Notes under the pieces: model-generated
Database searches by the model: none
What the model saw: only the letters and a program-made list of their open reading frames with translations
Told to the model about the DNA's origin: nothing
Position numbers and translations under genes: made by a program
Assembly: GCA_963745035.1 (NCBI GenBank)
Contig: CAVUVW010000006.1
Location: 1 to 64,000, forward strand
DNA: 64,000 nucleotides
Direction of reading: 5' to 3'
Origin: an uncultured delta proteobacterium
GTDB taxonomy: Bacteria > Desulfobacterota > Binatia > UBA9968
Shown: piece by piece, positions 31,986-40,683 of the stretch
Position numbering within the stretch: position 1 is the stretch's first letter
How the letters are laid out: each line of letters opens with the position of its first letter

Positions 31986-32420
31986 CCAAACCAAAAGCCA
32001 GACATACAACCCTGTGGCACCCATGCTCAACAGCGTGCGCACCGCATGAAGACTACCCCATCGCTTCAGCAGCGCCCGCGTTTCCGCCGAGCCGAGTTCG
32101 AGATCCGTGGCGAGGAGCCGGTGATTCGTCGGCATGATTACGATAAAGGTAAAGGGCACGACCGCCCCGATCAGTACCGCCGCCACGAGCCACCCAGCGC
32201 TACCGCCCGTAAACCAGACAGCCATACCGGCGATAGAGCTTACTACTGCCAGAGGAGCTTGCATCCACGTGGCGCGCCGGTAACTCGGCGCCCACTGCAA
32301 TGCGGCGACACGCGTTTCAAGGAGCATGCGCGCCGGATGCTCGGCAACGTTGATGTACAGGGCAGCACCCGCGAACAACGACGCACAAATGACTGCCAAG
32401 AACTCGAACGCTTCAGACAC
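31980..32420 (-). CDS. DUF1772 / anthrone oxygenase-like membrane protein (gene cassette)
   Basis: LFAGAALYINVAEHPAR, PFTFIVIMPTNHRL, WGSLHAVRT. Confidence 0.8.
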   Translation of the reverse strand: MSEAFEFLAVICASLFAGAALYINVAEHPARMLLETRVAALQWAPSYRRATWMQAPLAVVSSIAGMAVWFTGGSAGWLVAAVLIGAVVPFTFIVIMPTNHRLLATDLELGSAETRALLKRWGSLHAVRTLLSMGATGLYVWLLVWT

Positions 32421-32488
32421 CGCTGTGTCTCCGTCGGGACCTAATGTTTGAAAACGAGGCGACTGTAATGGATCACCGGGACTATGGA

Positions 32489-32572
32489 GCCTAAAAGGTC
32501 ATTCTCGGGCCGAGCACACGAAAGAGCCGAAGATCGAAAAGGCGACCCCGGCTCGGCTCGCCGCCGTTGGCT
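32489..32572 (-). repeat. Possible degenerate attC after the amidohydrolase gene
   Basis: + strand GCCTAAA...GCCGAGC...GCTCGGC...GTTGGCT. Confidence 0.35.
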
Positions 32573-32620
32573 AACTCCATGGCGCTAATCCTATGGTGAC
32601 GAAGGTGATATGAAGATCTC

Positions 32621-33856
32621 TCAGCGGACCGGCTGCGTGCGATCCACGGCCGCGCCGCGCAAGATGACCATAGAGATGCGTCGCGTGTTGGTGATGTCGT
32701 CCAGCGGGTTTGCGTCGAGCACGATGAAGTCCGCGCTCTTGCCGGCTTGCAATGTGCCCGTGTCGGCGAGCTGCAGGAATTCGGCTGAATTACGCGTCGC
32801 CGCTACGATCACCTGCATCGGCGTCATCCCAGCGCTCACCATGTCCAACATCTCTTCGTGCGGCCCCCACGGCCGGTTGCCGTCGGTGCCGAGCGTGATG
32901 CGCACGCCCGCCGCGTTCAGTTTCGCCAGATTGCGCGCCTGAATCCCGAAGAGGGCCTGCGCCTTTGGCCGGTCCGTGTTGGCCGCTTCGAGCTTCTTCA
33001 ACTCATCGGCCGGAAGGCCCGCCCGCAGCCAGCTTAGATCCACCTTCACGCCGCGATCCGGCAGGTTCGGCGTGAGCACCAGATTCGGCCGCTGCTTGAA
33101 CATGGCCACCAGTTCGTCGTCGATGTCCTTGTCGCGAATGCCGTGCGCGAACGCGTCGAGTCCGGCACGGATGAGGCCCTTCGCATCCTCGAGCTCGAAG
33201 ATATGCGCCGACACCCGCAGTCCTCGCTTGTGCGCATCGGCGATAATGGCGCTATAGATTTCCGGGGTCATCTTCTGATACTTGCCGTCCCTTGCATCGA
33301 CCCAGATCTTGACGATGTCGACCTTGTTCGCCGCCAACTCCTCCACCGCCTTGCGCCCCTCCGCCGCGCTCTTGACCCAGTAGGGCACGGTGGTGCGCCC
33401 CGGCTCGGGCATCGTGATGCCGCGCCCTGCGCTACGAAACCGCGCGACGCCGGGAATCGTCTCGTTGCGCATATCGAGCAGTCCATAACCGTCGGTGCCC
33501 ATGCTCAGCGCGGCACTCACGCCGTAGTAGGCGCGCATTTTTAAGTCCTGTATCAGCGCTTCGCGGGTCTCGCTGAGATGGACGTGAGTGTCGATGATCA
33601 TCGGCATCACGGTCTTGCCGGCGAGGTTCACGCGCGCGGCGCCGGCGGGCACGCGGACGTCGGCGGCCGCGCCGGCCTGGGCGATCTTGGCGCCGTCCAC
33701 GATCAATGTCGCCTTCTCAATCACCCGTCCGTCCCCCACGATCAATCGCGCGCCTTCGTACGCCGTGACGGACCGTTCGGAGGTCGGAACCGCGCATCCG
33801 CCAAGGAAACCAAGAGCAACGATTGCCGCGACTACAACTACATTCACTCGGTGCAT
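32621..33856 (-). CDS. Amidohydrolase-family lipoprotein (gene cassette)
   Basis: Lipobox LGGC; PMIIDTHVH, LGTDG, GKSADFIVLDANPLDDI; GGAGG RBS just after the attC GTTAGAA. Confidence 0.85.
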   Translation of the reverse strand: MHRVNVVVVAAIVALGFLGGCAVPTSERSVTAYEGARLIVGDGRVIEKATLIVDGAKIAQAGAAADVRVPAGAARVNLAGKTVMPMIIDTHVHLSETREALIQDLKMRAYYGVSAALSMGTDGYGLLDMRNETIPGVARFRSAGRGITMPEPGRTTVPYWVKSAAEGRKAVEELAANKVDIVKIWVDARDGKYQKMTPEIYSAIIADAHKRGLRVSAHIFELEDAKGLIRAGLDAFAHGIRDKDIDDELVAMFKQRPNLVLTPNLPDRGVKVDLSWLRAGLPADELKKLEAANTDRPKAQALFGIQARNLAKLNAAGVRITLGTDGNRPWGPHEEMLDMVSAGMTPMQVIVAATRNSAEFLQLADTGTLQAGKSADFIVLDANPLDDITNTRRISMVILRGAAVDRTQPVR

Positions 33857-33879
33857 GGGAACCTCCTCCATAAATATGT

Positions 33880-33939
33880 TTCTAACGCCTGAACTAACCC
33901 GAGCCGCGGAGCGGTGTCGGCTTGAAAGAATTGTTAGAC
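33880..33939 (-). repeat. attC site (60 bp)
   Basis: Minus strand GTCTAAC...GTTAGAA with internal dyad AGCCG/CGGCT. Confidence 0.75.
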
Positions 33940-33969
33940 AACAACTGTTCACCTCCTGTATCGGACATT

Positions 33970-34055
33970 GCATAACGCTATGCCGCTGAGCCGCTGTTAC
34001 ATTCGAAATCACCCGTCATGGACTCTTGCCGTCGGCTCCAGCGGCGTTGTTAGAC
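33970..34055 (-). repeat. attC site (86 bp)
   Basis: Minus strand GTCTAAC...GTTATGC; inner GCCGCTG-AGCCG/CGGCTC-CAGCGGC dyad; R'' flank CCGTCTAAC is complementary to this cassette's start GTTAGACGG. Confidence 0.85.
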
Positions 34056-34075
34056 GGTTTACCCAAACGCGTAAG

Positions 34076-34585
34076 CTATGAAGCCGCCATAACTTCCCCA
34101 CAATTCTTGCAAGTCCGAAATTCCCTATTTTCGAAGAACCGCTGATAAGCCTTAGAAACAGGATCGTCTCGATAGTCTTTCACGATGAACGTTTCCTCAT
34201 GGAGCAAAGCATCACACTTCTGGCAAAACCAATGGAAACGATCGATTTCGCCTTCATGCCGCTTGCGCTCCAGCACGAAAGTGAAGGTGTCGGGCGCACG
34301 ACGGGGTGAGTGTGGTACGCCGGCTGGAATGCGAATGACCGATCCTTCGGGAATGGCAGCAATCTCTTCTCGACCTGACGCCGTCCGATAATGCAGGCGC
34401 ATCTCTCCCCTAATCATGTATATGACTTCATCGCTTGGGTTCGTGTGAAACTCGGAGCGGTACTCCCGTCCTCGAGCGACAAAAGCGACGGACTCAGACT
34501 CCTGCCACTGGACGCCGACCGCCTTGCCGCTCTCGGTGAGCTGCCGATATTGATCCGCTAGGTTAACGATTGAGATCAGAGACAT
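34076..34585 (-). CDS. 3-hydroxyanthranilate 3,4-dioxygenase-like cupin (gene cassette)
   Basis: RSEFHTNPSDE, PAGVPHSPRR, rubredoxin-like WFCQKC and RTCKNCG. Confidence 0.8.
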   Translation of the reverse strand: MSLISIVNLADQYRQLTESGKAVGVQWQESESVAFVARGREYRSEFHTNPSDEVIYMIRGEMRLHYRTASGREEIAAIPEGSVIRIPAGVPHSPRRAPDTFTFVLERKRHEGEIDRFHWFCQKCDALLHEETFIVKDYRDDPVSKAYQRFFENREFRTCKNCGEVMAAS

Positions 34586-34635
34586 AAGATACCTCCATTC
34601 TAAGGTGAGACCGTAGGCGTCTACGACGAAATGCC

Positions 34636-34695
34636 GTCTAACGTTTTGGGTGAGAGGCGCGGTCCGCCGCGTCGGTCTCAACCCAATGGTTAGAC
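34636..34695 (-). repeat. attC site (60 bp)
   Basis: GTCTAAC-GTTTTGGGTGAGA...TCTCAACCCAATG-GTTAGAC palindrome. Confidence 0.88.
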
Positions 34696-34763
34696 TCGCA
34701 TTGCATTACCCCGGAAGAGTGAGCAATGTGCATACGACCTCCTCGTGTCTTCACATCGAACAG

Positions 34764-35513
34764 TCACTTCCGCGGAGTGCGATTTTCTGGCGCTACGTGG
34801 ACGCCTCGCCAGCCAGAGTCGTTGATTGCGCGCTGCACTAACCCCGAGGCCTTGGCCTCTTCGATGAACTCGCTGATGTAGGCAAGCCTCCCGGGCTGCC
34901 CCTTCGGGACGGCCATCGCTGTAAAGTTCGCTCCAAAACAGTCCTCCAGCACCCGCGAGCCGGACAATCTGGTGGAGAACTCTAGAAGCGCTGGACGGGT
35001 CGATGCCCACGCGTCCACATCTTCGGTACGCAGCAGGTCGAAAGCAATGTCGGGAGTCTCCGCGCTGATCAGTTCGGCATGTTTCCGTATGCGGTTCAGA
35101 CACAACGTCGAGGCGTGGTTGCGTACAACCGCGATACGGGCGTCGGGGCAGTCGGCATCGGCGACGTTTTGAATTGAGGAGTCGACCGCCACCAAATAGG
35201 TAAAATCAAATTGAAGAACCGCGGGTGAGAAATCTATCTCGGAAGTCTGAGATTCATCCATCGCTCCAAACCCCACATCACACGCGCCGGCCTTGAGGCC
35301 TTCCATCGCCCTAGGAGGAGTTGGATATTCGACCGGCAAGAACTCAACCCCGATCCGCGCTGCTAGCGCGCGAGCGAGTTCGATCGTCCACCCGCGCAAC
35401 TCGCCGGTTGTCGGATCCTTCGCATATTGCGGTGGATACAACGCGACCCGGACTATGCCGGCCCGCACGAGATCCGCGATTCTCGGGTCGGGCACCTGTT
35501 GAACATCGGTCAC
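34764..35513 (-). CDS. Transporter substrate-binding domain protein (gene cassette)
   Basis: TGELRGWTIELARALAARIG, FIEEAKASGLVQRAI. Confidence 0.8.
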   Translation of the reverse strand: MTDVQQVPDPRIADLVRAGIVRVALYPPQYAKDPTTGELRGWTIELARALAARIGVEFLPVEYPTPPRAMEGLKAGACDVGFGAMDESQTSEIDFSPAVLQFDFTYLVAVDSSIQNVADADCPDARIAVVRNHASTLCLNRIRKHAELISAETPDIAFDLLRTEDVDAWASTRPALLEFSTRLSGSRVLEDCFGANFTAMAVPKGQPGRLAYISEFIEEAKASGLVQRAINDSGWRGVHVAPENRTPRK

Positions 35514-35552
35514 AACACCCTCGTTTCCGCGTTCGTACTCACTCCTGCTAGC

Positions 35553-35610
35553 GTCTAACTATTAAGTGAGCTGCCATACGCACCGACAATTACTGGTCGG
35601 CTTATCCCAG
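35553..35610 (-). other. attI-like site 2 (head of array 2)
   Basis: Minus strand GGGATAAGC...TCACTTAATA/GTTAGAC; 16 bp identical to attI-1; no matching R'' hairpin upstream. Confidence 0.7.
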
Positions 35611-35810
35611 CGACTGCTCGGACAACAAAAGGTCAAATCGCTAACAATATCCATCCGCTAACATTACGTTGTCAACAATAAGTCTTCCGCCAAAAGCCGA
35701 CCGGGACAGCGGCCCTATTTCCTCAACGATCGGCGGCTTATCTCCGCCATCGAGATTCTCTTCTATAGCCGGCAGGACTGTTGACGCCTCTACCGACCTA
35801 CCCTCCTCGG

Positions 35811-36090
35811 TTATCCGACAAACCGTAGCGATTGCTTATTAGGGAACGCTTTCGGCAATTTATCTTCTCGTTTCCGGTCGAACCGCGCCTGAAGATCGAG
35901 CCAGTACCGCTCGGACATGCCGAAGTAGTGCGCGAGGCGATGCGCGATGTCGGCGGTGATCGGGCGTTGGCCCTCGACGATCTCGTAGATGCGGCGGACC
36001 GGCACGCCGATGTCCCTTGCGAGATGCCAGACGCTGATGCCGCGCGGGAGCGAGAAACTCTTCCAACAAGATTCTGCCGGGATGTATCAT
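35811..36090 (-). CDS. higA: HigA-family antitoxin (frameshifted), no adjacent toxin
   Basis: [12 protein letters not shown]...[40 protein letters not shown]. Confidence 0.8.
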
Positions 36091-36582
36091 TGGAAATCGT
36101 CCTTAACTTTCTGGTTCAAGACGTTCAAATCGTTCAAGCAGTTCAAATCGTTTCGGAAGAAGCCGAAGAGATCGGAACTTTTGGGACGATTTGTTGCGGT
36201 ATATTTTGATCCTTTCATGCCGCTGCTTTTCAAATATTCGATCAGATTACTGATCATGATCGATAAGCGCCGGAAGGACTTGCTTGCGGCGTCACAATCT
36301 TTCGGCGCCATATAAGATTGATCCAGAGCCACGTAAAGCTGCGAACGAACTTCCCCGCACGATGCTTTGGCGACATAGAGAAACTGAATAAATTCTTGAT
36401 TACCACCCCGCTCGAATCCTTCCGCTATGTTCGACATAATGGAGACTGCTGCCCGCCGTATTTGATCCCGCAGACCGAAATCTTTCGAGAATTTTGAGTC
36501 TCCTGTCAGTTGATAAATTCCTCGCGTCAAGGCGCGGGCATCTTTCCAAATTTCCAGATCTTCAAAATTTTTTCACTTGCAT
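36087..36582 (-). CDS. Four-helix-bundle protein (23S rRNA intervening-sequence family)
   Basis: [52 protein letters not shown]. Confidence 0.9.
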
Positions 36583-36638
36583 TGTTAGTTTCCTCCTTAA
36601 ACGATTTGAACTTTTTGAACGGCTTGAACGATTTGAAC
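36114..36638. repeat. 40-bp inverted blocks of 9-mer GTTCAA repeats flanking the four-helix-bundle gene (36114-36153 and 36599-36638)
   Basis: GTTCAAGACGTTCAAATCGTTCAAGCAGTTCAAATCGTTT versus AAACGATTTGAACTTTTTGAACGGCTTGAACGATTTGAAC. Confidence 0.75.
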
Positions 36639-36644
36639 CCCTCG

Positions 36645-38254
36645 TTACTCAATCGCTCCCTGCCAAAACCACCTTCTTCTCACCCGGTCGTAATACAGCC
36701 AGAGGAGATCGCCGGCGCGGGTTTCGGCGTAATAGTATTCGCGCTGAATCTCGCGATTCCACCAGCCGCCGGAAAAAACATACGGGCCGGTGAGTTTGTC
36801 GATGCTGCCGTATTTGGGGCCGAGCATGAGCCAGCCGTCTTCGTGCGAGTGATAAGGCCCGCCGTGGAGGCGCCGCGGCTTGGCAAAGACCCGGCGCACT
36901 AACGTATTCGGAGTGGACTCGTTCAAGCCGTTCAAATCGTTCAACCGCTTGCGGAGCCGGCCCTGAGCCCTTCGACTTCGCTCAAGATAAACTCCGTCGA
37001 AGGGTTCAACACGTTTTTGGGGAGTTTGACGCGGCTCACGGGCTCCCAAACAAAGCGCGCTTCGGGAAGATGGCCGTCGATGAGTTTGGCCCAGACGACG
37101 GAGTGTTCGCCGAACTCGGCGCGCAGGCGGGCGAGTGCGCGGTTGGCCGCGTCGAGATCGCGGCTCGGCCCTTCGACTTGGTCACTCTGTTCGGCGAACA
37201 GGCGCAGCTGCTCGCTGGTGGCGGCGCAGGTTTCCGCGCCAAGCTCGATTTCGCTCACGCCCGCGGCCACTTGCAGCGACTCCAAACGCAGACGGATCAA
37301 ATCCAGGATCTGGCTGGCATCGAGAGTCGGAACCGCGGCGCGGAGCGACTCTCTGAGCCAGTCGCCATGGTCGATCAGCAAAGACAGCCGGATCGCCACC
37401 ACGGCTTGATGGCGCGCCGCCAGAGTCGCAAGCAGCGGATGCAACAATTGCTTGATGAGAAACAGCAGCCGCGTGCTGTTGTTTTCGGCATCGTCGAGAA
37501 TTTGTTTTTCCACGGCGGGCTCGTCGGGCGCCTGGGGTTCGAGCGGCGTCCAGAGATCGCCGGCGGCGAGGCGATGAAGCCGGTGCGCTTCCTTGCCGAA
37601 GCGCTCGCGCAATCCGCCCGGCGGAAGCGCGAGCAAGTCGCCGACGGTTTTGATGCCGAGCTGGAAAAGCGTGTCGCGAAATTTGGGGTCAATATGCAAA
37701 CGGTTAAGCGGAATCTTCCTCGCGGCGGCGTGCTCATCGGCGGGATTGAGAAAAACCGTAACGTTCTTTTTCGCCTTGGCCACGGCGTAGCTGCCAAAGC
37801 GCGTGAAGCCGACCGCGAGGCTCGCGGCAAATCCCTGAGCTCTGAGATCTCTGTGAATGGCGTAGGCCCATTTTTCCGCCGAGGCATAGAGGCGCCGCAA
37901 GCCGGCGCCGTTGAGCCAAAAGACGCCGGGCTCGTCCGCCGCAGGCTCGACTTCGGGCGTAAAGCTCATGAAGCGCTGGGTCAGTTCGCCCACGGCTTTT
38001 TTTATTTCCGCCGGCGGCACTGCGCCGGCGCGCAGCGCCGAAGCCAGAGAAAAGGCGGCGGCGTAGCGCAAGCCGGGCAACACGCCCTGCTGCCGGGCCT
38101 TTTCGTTGACCCAGAGAACCACTCCCTGCGGCTTGTCTTCAGCTACCACCGCCGCTGGATAAGCGCTCCACTCGGGATGGCGCCGCAGCAGGAGCTGAAG
38201 AGGAAAGGCCGGCAGATCAACACAGGCCAGCCGGCCCGGTGTAGAGCTTTTCAT
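36645..38254 (-). CDS. imuB: ImuB, inactive Y-family polymerase-like protein (frameshift within a repeat insertion)
   Basis: LACVDLPAFPLQLL, SFTPEVE, LGIKTVGDLLALP, LARLRAEFG; C-terminal GPYVFSGGWW...REYYYAE...LWLYYD. Confidence 0.88.
36921..37010. repeat. REP-like palindrome plus GTTCAA repeats inserted inside imuB
   Basis: CCCTTCGACTTCGCTCAAGATAAACTCCGTCGAAGGG and GTTCAAGCCGTTCAAATCGTTCAACC. Confidence 0.7.
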
Positions 38255-38813
38255 AATGCCATGTCGGGCCACGCCGTTTGTCCTTGAGCACGCGCAAAGC
38301 GCAGGCGAAGCGATTGTCTGCCGTCCGTTTCTTCTCGGCATGAACGCGCAGCGAAACCAACGAGCCCAAAGAAAATGCTGCGCTGCTTTTATCGGTGAGG
38401 CAAACCAAAGCGGCGTGATGGCGCTGCGCCAAACCGGTCAAGCGGGTCTGCAGCGGCATGGGAATATCGGCGGCGCCGAGATCGAGCACGACCAGGCCGA
38501 AGCCGCCGGAGCGCAAAAGTTTTTCGCCGGCGCGCGGGATGCTCTGGCGTTCATTGAGACGCACGACCACGAGCGCCGCCAGATCAACGCCGCAGCGCTC
38601 CGCATCGGGCGGATAGAAAGAAGTTTCCGAAGAAGTCACCCAGGCTACCGGCTCGCCACGCTTGTGGGCTTCGCGGACCAAGTCGAAAGCGATGGTCAGC
38701 GCCGCCGACCCGGTAGAGCTCGATATCTCCACCAGCCGCCCGGCGAGATTTCCGAGCACCCACGGCGTCGGTGAACCAGCGGGATGAAGTTTTTGCGCGG
38801 AAAATAAGATCAT
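38217..38813 (-). CDS. imuA: ImuA (RecA-like) protein
   Basis: GRLVEISS, FYPPDAERCGVDLAALVVV, LLRSGGFGLVVLDL; overlaps the imuB start. Confidence 0.85.
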   Translation of the reverse strand: MILFSAQKLHPAGSPTPWVLGNLAGRLVEISSSTGSAALTIAFDLVREAHKRGEPVAWVTSSETSFYPPDAERCGVDLAALVVVRLNERQSIPRAGEKLLRSGGFGLVVLDLGAADIPMPLQTRLTGLAQRHHAALVCLTDKSSAAFSLGSLVSLRVHAEKKRTADNRFACALRVLKDKRRGPTWHYEKLYTGPAGLC

Positions 38814-38944
38814 GGACAGGATCTCCGTGAACTGGACATGCGCGGAGAGCGCGATCGACAGCTTCAGGAGGGATTCCTTCAGCTACTGCCCGGCAAGTAT
38901 CGTCGTATTTGAAAGATGCAGAAACGAAGGTAAGAGGATCAATT

Positions 38945-39062
38945 ATCTAACGCCCGCGTGGACCGGCCCGCACGCGCTACCAAACGCCGCGCGCGCATAA
39001 TCTCTCCCGCACGCTCAGCGCGCTAAATTGTTCACGGTCTGCTCCAACGCGCGTAGAGGCGC
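38945..39062 (-). repeat. attC site, R'' degenerate (distal end of array 1)
   Basis: + strand ATCTAAC-GCCCGCGTGGA...TCCAACGCGCG-TAGAGGCGCT; the flank AGGCGCT matches this cassette's start GTTAGGCGCT. Confidence 0.6.
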
Positions 39063-39078
39063 TCAATCGAGTGGCCAT

Positions 39079-39456
39079 TCAATCAAGGAACTTCCACGAT
39101 GCCGCACCGTCGAGGTGCCGGATCCGCACTCCGGCAAGAGCAGAAGGCTCGAAGTTGACCGCGTTCACTGCAATGGTCGTGTTGCGGCGTTTCTTCCGAT
39201 ACGCATAGTGGGTGACGCAACCACATTTCTTGCATCGATAATAAACGCGAATCTTCCGGTTCCATGAATATTTCGATAGGCCGCCCTTGGGAGCTTCAAT
39301 TTTAACCGAACTCGCAGCGTAGTAAGCCCAGAGCGCGCCATAGCGGCGGCAGATCGAACAATTGCAGCTCGTTAAAGTGCGCGATAGCCGTCGAACGTAA
39401 ATCCGAATCGCGCCACAGTGACACGTGGCCGCAAGCGCTGCGTTGCGGTGATCCAT
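39079..39456 (-). CDS. GFA/CENP-V family protein (gene cassette)
   Basis: TCHCGAI, CNCSICRRYG, CKKCGC. Confidence 0.88.
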   Translation of the reverse strand: MDHRNAALAATCHCGAIRIYVRRLSRTLTSCNCSICRRYGALWAYYAASSVKIEAPKGGLSKYSWNRKIRVYYRCKKCGCVTHYAYRKKRRNTTIAVNAVNFEPSALAGVRIRHLDGAASWKFLD

Positions 39457-39459
39457 AGC

Positions 39460-39522
39460 GCCTAACCGGATTGAGCTCAGCCGCCGCGCTTTTCAGCGGT
39501 CGGCTGCAGCGGCTTGTTCGGC
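39460..39522 (-). repeat. attC site (63 bp)
   Basis: Minus strand GCCGAAC...GTTAGGC; dyad GCTCAGCCGCCGC/GCGGTCGGCTGCAGC. Confidence 0.85.
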
Positions 39523-39594
39523 CTGCCTTACCCCGTGGCATAGGTTGGAGTTGACTCACCGGGACCTTTTCATCCTCCAACATGACGCCCTTGA

Positions 39595-40473
39595 TCATGC
39601 GCGGGTCAATACGAAGTCGTAGTCCATGGTGTGGAACGGGCGATCCATCTGGCGGCCGTCAGGCGCCTTACCGGGCTGATGCCGCGGGAAGTCTGCGATC
39701 AGCCCGTCCCGTACCGAAAAGGCAGCGTCCCGGTCGAGGTACTCACTGCCGCGCACGCAGATTTGCGTCACCAGGGTGTCGTGGCCATCGGCCTCGATCA
39801 TGAAGTGAACGTGCGCCGGCCGCCAGCCCCCGTTCGAGGTATACTTGACCAGGTCGCCCATCCCCCCGTCATTCGGGACTGGATAGCCGATGGGGACGAC
39901 CGTCCAGAACGAATAGCGACCGTCCGGCTCGCTCTTCAATTGCCCCCGCGTCCGCATTCCGTCCTTGGCCAGGTCACCCTGCACGTCGTACAGTCCCCGC
40001 CCGTCCGATTGCCAGACGTTGATGGTCGCGTTTGGAACAGGCCGACGATCGATCGCGAGAATACGCCCCGAGACGTAGAGAGGCTCGCCCGCGACGTCTT
40101 CGGCGATGTCGGCGCCGTTCGCGAAAGAGGGTGCGTTCGGAAGGAAGAACGGTCCGAGCACGCCCGGCAGCGTCGCGCCTTCCGGCTTCGGTTGCGATAT
40201 CTGGATCACCAGGGTTTCGAGCCCGAGCATCTCGGCGAGCGCGAGGAATTCCTGCCTGCCGCCCTTGCAGTAACCGCCCAGCTGGACCAGATAGTTCATC
40301 GCGAAGAGGTACTCGTCGCCGGTCAGCCGCACGTCGCGCGCAAAGCCATGCAGATGCTTGATCAGGCTCAAGATGATCTCGCGCAGGCGGGGGCCCGTCG
40401 TAGCTTGGTAGCGGGTTAGCGCTTCCTTCGTGATCGCCTCTTCGGCAGCGGCATTTTTCCCTTCCGTAGTCAT
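39595..40473 (-). CDS. Intradiol ring-cleavage dioxygenase (hydroxyquinol/catechol 1,2-dioxygenase-like) within array 1
   Basis: VLGPFF, VWQSDGRGLYDVQ, YPVPNDG, WRPAHVHF. Confidence 0.88.
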   Translation of the reverse strand: MTTEGKNAAAEEAITKEALTRYQATTGPRLREIILSLIKHLHGFARDVRLTGDEYLFAMNYLVQLGGYCKGGRQEFLALAEMLGLETLVIQISQPKPEGATLPGVLGPFFLPNAPSFANGADIAEDVAGEPLYVSGRILAIDRRPVPNATINVWQSDGRGLYDVQGDLAKDGMRTRGQLKSEPDGRYSFWTVVPIGYPVPNDGGMGDLVKYTSNGGWRPAHVHFMIEADGHDTLVTQICVRGSEYLDRDAAFSVRDGLIADFPRHQPGKAPDGRQMDRPFHTMDYDFVLTRA

Positions 40474-40613
40474 GAACGTGTCCTCCGATTGTTGGTGACG
40501 GTTTTCAGGGCCGCTTCCACCTCACTCAACTCCTCGCCGTAAAAGTGGTTCTCAACGGCCGCCTAGTTCGGCATCTGGTTGTCTCCATACTTGCTTTCCG
40601 TGGCAGGTTTTCG

Positions 40614-40683
40614 GGCGAACGCTAGCGGTCACCGGACGGAGCGAGCAACGCGAGTCCCGATCCGGTGCACTGCATTGTTAGCC
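40614..40683 (-). repeat. attC site (70 bp)
   Basis: Minus strand GGCTAAC (contains the stop TAA)...GTTCGCC; dyad GCGGTCACCGGA/TCCGGTGCACTGC. Confidence 0.88.
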
